A DNA stretch of 60,647 nt, counting the filler, from Bipalium vagum (Eukaryota), in NCBI GenBank assembly GCA_037834085.1. It is 3 parts of 3 records of this genome, joined end to end, with 100 filler letters (N's around TTAATTAATTAA, not from the genome) between each part and the next. Parts side by side here need not be neighbours in the genome. Positions count along the whole stretch, not along the records: positions 44,861 to 60,647 come from JBBMKC010136425.1; 2 more parts are not named here. One strand, given 5' to 3'. The position numbers were made by a program, and so were the translations under genes. Positions 49,850-60,647 of this stretch are shown one piece after another. The notes beneath the pieces were generated by a model that saw nothing but the letters and a program-made list of their open reading frames with translations, was not told where the DNA came from and ran no database searches. Numbering within the stretch: the stretch's first letter is position 1; each line of letters opens with the position of its first letter.

Positions 49850-50270
49850 TAACTAAGGGAACCCAGCGAGTTTGGGAATCTCTAGGTGACCTGAAAAGGG
49901 ATTAGAGGACGATCAATGGACCCTTTGTCGCTCCTAGTGAGGATAATTTCAATTTTGGTTTTGTCTTGGTTATTTTTTTTTATTATTTCATTTTAATCTA
50001 AATTTCATTTTAATCATTTGGTTTAAAACATGCGATTTGAATTATTTATTTGTGTTTCATTTTACATTTTTCAGTCAGTTGAACAATCATGATTTTGACT
50101 TTATAAACATTTAAACCATTTTGATTTTTCTATAAATTTGAACGATTATGGTTGTGATTTTAGTTGACGAGTGTAAAGATTGTTTTGAAGGATTTAATAA
50201 AGTTTCATCGTGATTGTTTTGATTCAATTAGGGTGCGGATAAGGTTTTCTTGTGGGGTTTTGATTCAATA
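49850..50270 (+). repeat. Partial LTR family A
   Basis: ACCCAGCGAGTTTGGGA.TC.CTAGG.GACCT shared with ~27700 and, in revcomp, with ~48900. Confidence 0.7.
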
Positions 50271-53196
50271 GAGTTAAATTTGTATAAGCGAAGAGAAAAC
50301 AACATTAAAAAGCTTGGAGTTATCGATTCTCGAGCAAAAGTAAACCTGATAAAGTATAATAGTAACATAATTGAATGTCGAAGTACAAAAATACGCTCCA
50401 TTGATATTAATAAATAAAATCAAGAACATAAAACCAACAATGATTGCTCTGTGATGAAGCAAGATCAGGTGTGTCTATTTGTTAAAATTCATCAAATTTC
50501 CGATTTGACTCAGCACTCAGCATTTTCATATCGATAGAGTTGACCAACATATATTTTGTAACTCTTTCTATTTTTCATTTTTTGTGGTTGAACTGAAACT
50601 ACTGACTAACATTACACTGAGTCGAAAATTATAGTGAAACTAATCTCATTTATCACTAATGGAATTATTAGTGACAAAAGTAATAAATTTCAAGTTTCAA
50701 CGTATTACAAAATCAAATTTCCCCAAAAAAGACGTGAACAACACAAGTGAGAAAGAATAATTTAAAGACTTGGTCATAAATACCATTTTGAATCACAGTT
50801 TAAAAAACCATTAAGAGAGAAAATGTTTAAGAAACGATAGACATCATATTATTGGTTACCTGTCTATTAGAAAGTTTTTCCAGAAATATATAATGATCTA
50901 ATGTTCACTACAAATATTGACATTGCTAGTTCATTTGTTATATTTTTTGATTAGTTCTTAATTTACTTCTTCAGCTGACTAGTTGACCATCCTAATAAAA
51001 AACCCTTCTTCATAACATTTGTACCGTTGTATTGAAGTTAACTACAGAAATTATTTTTTTGTTAATGAGTGAAATGTTAACAAGCTTTTCCCGTAATTTG
51101 TTTATGGCAAACGTTGTTATTAAGTTTTCGTTTTTTAATTAAATTTTTTTATCACAGAATTAGAATATAAAAACTAATTATTTAAAATAAAATCTAATTA
51201 CTTAAAATAAATACTTAACTATTCGAGACCACGATAATAAATATTTCATTAATTTTTAAAAATTAATTTTAAATGTTTGTTTGTTTAAACTTAGCGTTAT
51301 AATCTATTTTTAAAACTTTCGCTATAAAAAATAAATATTTACCAAAATTATTATTAAATGAAAATAATAATAATATTTAACACATTAAATAAAATAAATA
51401 TCATTGTAATAGATTTTCACTAGATCCAGAACTGAAAAAATCTATTCCAAATTTCCACTAGATCAAAAAATATATGTTGCTATTTACAAATAAATACAAA
51501 TGAGATATTCACTCATTCGTAAATAACACGCAATCCAAATTTTGATTTGGCGCATTTCAGAGTTGTTTTATTAATTTTTTTCCACAAAACAATGACGAAT
51601 CTATTGATTTTCTTTTAAAGAATGGTTTATTTTTGTTTAGAAAAACAAAGACAATCAACATTCTCCAACGTGTCATGTAAGACAACTCAAAATTTCCATA
51701 AAATAATAAAGACAAAAACAAAAATAAATTATTATTTGTTAATGAGTTTTGTTTAGTCTTGAATTTTGTTAGTAAATTTTGTCTGTACTTTCAGTCTAAA
51801 TAAACATCAATAAAAACAACAAAACAAGACAACGACTAACATGCATTTCCTCTCTGAATCGATTGTAGTAAATAACCTTACGACAGCAATAATTACTTTG
51901 TCGAAATGCTAATAATTATTTGTTCAGTGTCATGCCAAACATATCGATCGAGTCAGTGCTAAATAAATCTAATTTTTTTTAATGTTTATTTTTTGTGTTT
52001 CTTGTTTCAAAACAACACGACAATTCAATTTCGGAGGCTTTGGATCGGACAATTGCATACAGGTTTTAAAACGTATGCATTTTTGTTTGTATGCATGTTT
52101 ATAAACACACACTCACCACGGCCGTGCTTGCAGGCGTGTGTGTTTACGATAAAATATGTTTATCAGTTTATAAACAACAAACAACCCAACACCAATACAA
52201 AGAACTCTGAACGCGGATATGGACATATACACACATCGACCAACAACATTACGTTGGTTTGTAACGAAACAATTATATGCAATGTCTTAGTGATTGTTTG
52301 GCTAGAAAGCAAGCCTTTTCCATTAAATGGTGGGTTAGTAAACCTAAATAAATTCGCTATCTTTATGTTATGATTCTGTATTTATTTTTAGTTATTAAAT
52401 GAGTCAAACCAAGCTAATGAGTTTGCAGTTCTGTTTATATAAAAACTGGTCAACACAACAAAGCCAAATTGGCATGCCTTTATACTGAATAATATTATTT
52501 ATGCATTATTGTTTGTAGTTTGATTCGCGGTAAGTTGAATTTTGTTATTAAATTAATTTTTTACGATATATAAGTTTTCTATCTGTTTTTATTTTCACGT
52601 TCATGTCGTTATGATTCTCGATTGCTGTTGATTGTTCCGTTTCTTTTTTCATTTTACTGGTGTTTTATTGTTAATAAAAAGTAGACGAAAAAATCTCGTT
52701 CCATTTGAATTAAATTGATGCTCAATTGTTTGAATGTGCAGTAATTTTTCGGGAATTTTAATTCGATTTCGTGTTGTCAATGGAAAAGCAAACAGCGAAC
52801 TTTGGAAATGTGCTCTCTTTTCTCTTTGCAAATAAAAGGGTTACAAATGTTTGTCTTGTTAATTTTCTTTATTGACCTAAGATTTTATTAAAAATGATCG
52901 AGTTTAGAAAAAACGTTAAAACGGCGTCAATAGAAGTTAAGTGAAAAATGTTTACTCTTTGTTGACACTGGGTTTATTTGATTGGTTTATTGTGAACTTA
53001 TTTGCCAGTGTTGATATTGTAAATTTATAGTATTTTCCATTTTTCGAACCATTACTACTTTCAATTGTATGATTGGTATTATCAGTTTTGATTGTTTATT
53101 GACTTATTGTAAATTGAACGGTGTTTTATTTTTTCTTGATGCTGTAGTATAACGCGGTTAATTTAATTTGAAAATTTATTCAGAAAACGATAGAAA

Positions 53197-53223
53197 ATGT
53201 CATCTCCGAAATCAGAGAGTCAT
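53197..53223 (+). CDS. Probable first coding micro-exon (MSSPKSESH) of an unidentified gene
   Basis: Acceptor TTTATTCAG at 53183, AAAATG start context and a perfect phase-0 donor CAT|GTAAGT. An upstream donor GCG|GTAAGT at 52529 and a candidate next acceptor at 60631 are also present. Confidence 0.45.
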
Positions 53224-56200
53224 GTAAGTTGTTTTTCGTTAATTAGTTGCATGATTTTTACCGGGAATTGAAAAAAAATGTCCATATTTATAAACTAACA
53301 CAGTTCATATAAAAGTCTCAGTTGTTTCGGGCAATGAATATTTTTGGGATATTTTGCTTTGATATTTGTTTATTGAAACGAGAGGGGATATTATTATTAT
53401 TATTTCTCTAATTGCATTGATAAAAGGCTACAAAAATTCAGTATTTAGTTACCCACTCCGATTATTTATTATTTATGGTTATTCCCAGCTATTTTCTGAT
53501 AAATAAATGTTAGCAAATGAATAGGACGGCTGTTTGTTCCCGACGCGGTTTGTAGGCGATAGGATAATTTAATCCTAATCATTATAAATAAAAGTCAATT
53601 TCAATTTTGTTTATCCAACGTTGATTGTTTAAATTATCATTTCTACTGGTTCTGCCATTAATTTTTTTCGAGGGAATTTTTTCTTCTCGCTCCAATCTCC
53701 ATTTATCATTTTTAATAACCCTAATAAATTTGTTTATAATTAGATTTCGTACGATTATTTACTTTTGCAATTCTTTGAATTAATTTCCAACTAATCAATT
53801 TTAATTGTTGTTTTAGTGTATCAAAGTTAATTTGAAATCGAATGAGTCCATGGATTGTTTTTGATTAATTTTTAAATTTTCTGTTGATTTCTGCTCTAAT
53901 TGCAAAAATAAATCTGATTCTAATTTCAATGTTCTGCTGAAGATCTTTTTTTCATGTTTGTTCTATATTCGGTTCGGTTGGGATAATTTATCTTATTTCA
54001 GAAAATTATGATAACCAAGGGTTTGTACTTGGTTAACCGAGGTTAATCGAGAATTAATTTTGATAACTGTGTGTTTAATGGAGCGGAAATTTTTTTGGAT
54101 TTCATTAATTAAAATTATTAAAACGAAAATTGAATTTCATTTTTTCGCAATTGAATCCTGTTGATATTCACTTTAATGTTGTTTTAAAATATATTTCAAA
54201 TGACGGGGTTTTCTCAAAAAAAAACGAGACCTCCATAGATGAAGAAAGAAAATTTTCTGAAATCTTATTCAAAGTAAAAATATTTTCAATAAATAATTGA
54301 TTTTAATCAATAAATAAATCATTAAACAAATATAATTTAAAATATAGTTATTAGTTTTTTATCTTTTGAGATGTTATGGAATTTAAATCACAATTAATTT
54401 TATTAAAAATTAACTTCATCAAAGTTTGGATTCTTTATCATTTTACAAATCTCTAATCATTTGCATTTACATGTATAAATTGATCAGTTTCAGAAATGAA
54501 ATGTTGATATTTATATTAACCAAGTCCGATAAAGTCCTGACTCAAATATATTTCATGGCTGTATCTGCTGTTTCAACAATACTTTATTAATGAACAAAAC
54601 GTGAATCTTAAACTTTCATTTCAGCGTACCACAAGTGATTACACTTTCTCAATAATGTAAATTTAGTTATACTACATGATTTCGTCCAATACGAATGCTT
54701 TCACCAAAATAATAAAAAATAAAATCAAAACAATTATTTACTGAATAGATCAAATAAATTATTGTTTATAAAGGAACCTGTAAGTTAGATGAAACAACTA
54801 AATTAAATTACGTGAGCCGATTTCAGCTAGGATTCCTCGATAACTACGGTCACCCTTTAAATATCAACTTTATTTTGGCACAATTTTTGACGGAAAATAT
54901 TTTTATTCAGAGTCGCTAACTATTACCCATTTGTGTTTTTTACAATTCTCATTTGCAAAATCAATTTAACGCTTCTCACGAATCGGTAACGGTTTTTATA
55001 AACTGATTGCGCTTTCGAATGATTTGAATATCACTTTTCACTTAGCAGAACTGTAACAATTTAACAGTTCTTAAAATAAATACCTCTCAAAAATGCATTT
55101 ACGCATTTAATAATTCGAATTTTAAATATACTCTAAATCTCTGAGCTGTCCTAAAATACTGATTTTTGGACCTATTTATATAGCTGGACCCTCCCTTTCC
55201 TGATCAATCTAGTTCATTTTCCAAAAAAATTAACAAGAATAATTTATTGTTCTCTATTTCTTAAAAATATCCTTTCCCTGTTGATTTTCTACCGACTTTG
55301 TTTTTCTATATCTAAATTAAATATCAATAAATCAAAATCGATATTTTATTCATTAAAAAAAATATTTCTACCATTTCTTAGCAATGGTTAATTATAAATA
55401 TTATAATTAGCAATTATTTAAAATTAGTTTGTGTTAATTAACGATTGAACTTTTATTATTATTAATTATAATGATAATTATTGCAACCTTTTATTTTTTG
55501 GTGGACCCTAAAATCGACTCTTCTGGTCTAAACTCTTTCCATTTTACCTTTCCAATTCATTTACTTCCTTGATGGCTTGATGCTTTAGCATTAAAAACAC
55601 GTTCTTAAAACACATTCATCATCAGATCTGACCAAAATTTTCAAAATAATCTTAAAATATATTAAATGGCTATGAAAGTGATAGTCGCCAGGGTACATTT
55701 TCACTACAAGTATATTTTCACAAAAATTTTTTCTCGGATAGATTATAATTGTTTTCTTTATCAAGCTATTTTTTTCAAAAATTTCTTGTTTAATTGCACA
55801 CAGGTTTCATTGATGTTATCATTCTTCATTTTGGAAAAATAATCGAATTTTTGTGTTTTTTAACAAATTAAATTAAATTATTTTATTCTTTTCAATTTTA
55901 TAAATTAAATAGTTCTGATAATTTCGCAGCCAGCTTTTATTATTTATCACTTAATACTTATTTTGATAATATTTTGCCTATGCTTATTTTTTCCATTTTA
56001 AGAATCTTAAATTGAAGTCGGTGAAAAATTTACAGGTGTTTTAAAACTTCTCTTTTCGTTATTGCAATTTTTTCAACTTAAAATTAGTAAATATATTTTG
56101 TTATAATTTTCATTTAACCGTCTAAAAATCAATATTTGAAATTTTGGCACAATCGAATCCATTTCTGAGGAAATTAATCGGGTATTCTTAGTTCTAGAGA

Positions 56201-59200
56201 AATATTGCATGTTCAAATGAATTTTTGTACTTTTTTCACACTTTTACATAATGTGGTCGTTTCTCTCGAATCATTTTTACTGTTTGATTTGACAATCACT
56301 GAAAATTTTATGAATTCATCCAATCTTTTAATTCATAATACTGCCAATAAGTAATGACAATAAAATAGAAATCAGAGACATAATTTTCATTAGTTCTTTC
56401 TATTGTTTCCTAGCATGTCCCCGTGCTATTTAATCAATTTGTTTTATAACATTGCAACATTCATTTTAAATTTTCACACTGAATTTATCAAAGCTTTATA
56501 ATTTTTTGATTTTGAGAAATGCTCCAACCAAAATATCAATGACGAATTACGAAATGGGTATTGAGATGATTTAAAGTATTATAAAACGTTGCATTTTTGA
56601 ATTTGTTTCTTGGAAAGTAGAAAAAAATCTGTTTTGGATGAGGAAAAAATTTAGAGTTTGTGAAATTGAAGACGTAATCAAAAATAATCAAGAAAGAAAA
56701 ATAATTCAGGATTTAACAATCATTTAACCCAAGGAACAATACAAATATTATGCAGACTTGTTTGGTTTATTAAAAAATGCTTGTTAGTTGTCTTTTGTCT
56801 TGTCAATCAAAATTGAATGACTTTAATCGTCATGAAGATAAGTTCCTTCAAAATTAAAACAACTGTCGATAAGATGATATTACATTATTTTGGTATAACA
56901 ATAAATTTGAAGACTGGAGGTTTTCTGTCGAGGCAAGTTCACAGCTCCTGATGCACGTCGCTGATGCTTTGGGGGATTATATTGATTATAATAATAGATT
57001 TTAGGGGTTTTGTTGATTTTTAAAATTTTTCTCTGAGTGCTAAATTAATTCCTAAATCACACTATGAACCTCGTCCTTAGGAGTATTAAACTCAAACTTT
57101 GTGAATTTCTATTTGTTTCTAAATTTAACTCTACTTCTTTTTTTGTACCTTTCACCTATTTGACCAACAAAATCTGTTTAACCAAATTTAAAATTTTCTG
57201 AAAGGTCGAGTTCTGCTTTCCTATTTATTTTACCTGTGTATTACTTTCTGAAAAAAACCATTGGAATTTCTTAGAAATTAATTTTCCAATTTTAAAGTTA
57301 ATCCTTTTACAACTCGGAATACTTGACAAGGTAAATATGTTCAATTCAGAAACAAGTTCCCTTTACTTTGTTTTCCGAATTCTTAAGAAACAATAGAATA
57401 TAAAATTGCTAACAAAAATGATCAATGGTCCAGAACATTTACTAGATTTTATTATCTCTGTAGACCAACTGTTAACGCTCAAGTTTTTGTTTCACAATTT
57501 CATTGTTTATTGAATCGTTGCAATGATTTACGCTATGGTGACATGTGGCAATAACACTAGTAACATTATTTATGAAATGAAGATTTTGTTTAATTGAATT
57601 GTTAATTCCTCTTGCTGTAATAGATTAACATTTTCGATAAACTCCGTGACTCTGGATAAATTGTTTTTAATTACTGCAAAACGTTGCTGTTAAGACTACC
57701 ATTGTCACTGCAATATCATTTGACAGTTGTGACAAATAGTGCATTAATAATCGCTGTATTTCTAATTAAATGTCTTATCGTCAACATATAAGAGAACAAT
57801 TAATTAAATCATAGTGATTTCTCGGAAGATGACAGTGTCCATTAGGGTTCATATTAGAAGTGATCTCTTAAGAAATGAAAGATAATTCGCTCTTATCAAA
57901 TTTCTTTATAATTTGAACAATCGGAATTTATTATTATTTCATGTGCTTGCAATTGAAAGCAATTTTGTTGTTTGAACAGAAAAATTTCTTTACTTCAATT
58001 AATGAAGATAAGAGTATAAAATAATGGTAACAGTGAAGTAGTACCAGTTAGCAACTGATACCAGTTTTTGTAAATAATCTTATCAGAAAATCTTAATTGT
58101 TAAATCTTGTTATAAATATAAATATTAAAAAAACATTGTGTGAACATTTTCGTCTTTTTAGTACGAGAAAGTGAAGAGAATTACTGATGGGAAATGTTTT
58201 AGATATGCATTGATGAATAGAACAAAAAGTGGAATCACTTTAGAAAATAAATACTGTCTCAATGATGGGTATTTTATAGAAAAGAGAAAATAAATGTAAT
58301 TACTTTAAAAATATTCGAGTAAATTATACACTATTTTTTGTTTCCACCATTATTGGGGTTTTGATTATTGAATATATTGAAAAATAGATGAGAATAGTCC
58401 ATGGAAATTTTCTAGAGGTTATAGAATACGAATCTCTTAATTTTTTGTTTTTTAAATGAACATTTTCACTAATATAATAATTAAGCCACATTTTGGTTAT
58501 TGTCAAACTTTTCATTTAGGTTTCGTTTCTTGTCTCATAATTTGTCTGTAATTTTTTTTCATAAGAAAAATATACTTTTCTGCTTTAAAGTAAATATTTT
58601 TGTATATACTATTGACTTTAAAACAGAAGACTTTTGCTAGCAAATCAGAAGTGCACCTTTTACTTAAATATTTATTTTCAGATTATTTGAATATAAAGCT
58701 CATAGTGTGAGTCCGTTAAAACAAAATCATATTATTATTATTATTATTATCAAATTTATTAATCCCAAAAATATTCTTTACCGTTGAGAATGACTAACTT
58801 TCCTTCACTTAATTTTATCCGTTGTCATGATTATTTTACCGACCTATAATGTTCGATAATATAACATGAAGGTTTGTCATTTTAAACCTCTGAAAGGTAT
58901 TTTTAAAAAATTTATAATAGGTTAATATTAAAGAACTTCCTCATTTATTATTTTTCCAAATTCTTTACAATTTAAGTTTGGTAACAGTTATTTTATTTTA
59001 TTTTATTTAAAATTATTTTAAATCTAGAATTATTATTTAATGTGGTAAGGTAAAATAAAAAAGGACTATCGTTTTAATCCTCACACAATTTCTGATTAAA
59101 TCAAACATTGAGTTCGAATTTTAATCTTTGACAAAATCTTTATACAAATGTTACTGATGTTATTTTATTCTTGTTATCTGTAAAGCTCTCTTCTCCAAAA

Positions 59201-59557
59201 CAAAGTTAAGAGAAGGTGCAGTTTATGCAAATCATATAGAATAACAAAAATTTAACGAAACTGTTGTTATATTCTAAAAGGTTGTAAGCTTCATTTGTCT
59301 TGTGAGAAGACATGTTTGATCCATTATAATAAATCAATAAGATAAATAAATTCTCCACTTATTCTGTTGTGTTATAAAGAAATTGATATTTCTGATTCAC
59401 GAATTAAGACTTTTTGGGATGCTTCATTGTTAGGTGACGGTTTTGGTTTTCCAATATCTTAAGTTTTAACATTATAAACATGTTGTGCTAACTATTTTCC
59501 TGAAACAGGTCTTTCATTGAGTAGGACAAACTTCTTCACGCCTTTTGATTTAATGTG

Positions 59558-59559
<2 letters not shown>

Positions 59560-59591
<32 letters not shown>
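59560..59591 (+). repeat. (TA)n microsatellite
   Basis: Perfect TA run. Confidence 0.95.
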
Positions 59592-59593
<2 letters not shown>

Positions 59594-60647
59594 ATATGAT
59601 AGAATTAACCTTAATTTTGTTTTAAAGTACTGTGGTCGATAATTTCTCTGATTATTGTCACCTCTAAACTTAGGTAAATATATAATTTAAGTACCAAGAG
59701 CTTCTCGGAAACCAATTGTTAAAGATATTGCTTCAAGATTCATTATTTCAAGAATGTACAATCAAACCTTTTCTAAAACTTTAACGAGTTTTCAACCAAT
59801 GGAACTCTTATTCCAAAATAAACTTTTACACCAGTTAGGAATTTTCAAAGAAATTCTGTTAAAATTCAAAAATGCCACAAAATATCAACGCTTGGTCTGA
59901 GCGATCACTGTGAAAATGCCAAATGTCTACTATTTACGACGAGAAATAATAAGATTGATCGTTGATTATTAGTGGTATGACTGTTATCCGTGCTTTTTCA
60001 TGTCGAAGAGGAAAATATTTTTTAATTAATAGTCATATTTTATTTTGATATTTGTATAATGTTTTTTTAAAGTTTGGTTTTTTGCACAACGAAATTATCA
60101 ACATTTTTGTATATTTCTGTCAGACAAAAACAAATTTTTATTTATCAAATGTCAAGTGTATGTATCTTGTTTTTCCAAAGCTATTTTGATTCCATCTACG
60201 AAATCATTGAAGTGTCTTTTGCACACATGTCTGCATTTCGTTGAAAATAGGATTAAAATATTTTTAGGATTTTTTAGAAATTGAAAAAAATTTTAATAAT
60301 TAACCAAATTTAAACAATTTAATTCCAGTGAATGTTTTTCAATTTTTTTCAATGCGCGTATAGGACGAAAAAAACTTTTATACTTTTTATTTATTTAGTT
60401 TTTTCAATTCTCACTGTCATCCTATTATTTACTGAAAAGTTTTAAGATGAAATTAAAATTTTTATAAAAAGTAACAAATGATCTATTTTTATTGATTATT
60501 TTTTATTTTCACAAACAATATTTATCATTCTTGTAAAAATATATAATTCAGTTATCGATTGTCAAAAAATATTTTTTAATCTTTTAAATTTTGTTTTAAA
60601 AGTTTTATTTTATTTGTCATTTTTCAAATAGGTTTTGTTATTCAATA

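Noticed and set aside
1-60647. CRISPR arrays, prokaryotic operons, rRNA or tRNA genes
   Set aside because: The sequence is eukaryotic with spliceosomal introns. No repeat-spacer array or RNA gene was recognised; the only tRNA-like match is a retroelement PBS.

Overview
Very AT-rich eukaryotic genomic DNA with 44-52 nt GT-AG introns, (AAT)n microsatellites and scaffold gaps. It is most consistent with an invertebrate animal, and a planarian-like flatworm is my inference. Intact host genes are CHMP5/Vps60 (+, 3 exons) and PINCH/LIMS (-, 7 exons), arranged convergently. Also present are the terminal exon of a divergent DEG/ENaC channel, the first exon of a secreted Cys-containing protein, and the probable 5' end of an unidentified gene near 52-53 kb. 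Most of the remainder is decayed transposons: several Tc1, mariner (DD34D), pogo/Tigger and hAT relics, Gypsy gag/protease/integrase pieces, solo and inverted LTRs, and a Penelope element with a degenerate hammerhead ribozyme. There are also many scattered Maverick/Polinton (adintovirus-like) relics. The most notable observations are in these Maverick relics: a zinc finger + parvovirus-like PLA2 + retroviral-type integrase apparently encoded as one protein, a duplicated syntenic accessory-gene module, a 334-bp element bounded by AGTAGT-type inverted termini, and a recurrent GC-rich 19-mer. All family assignments come from motif recognition by eye; no searches were run.
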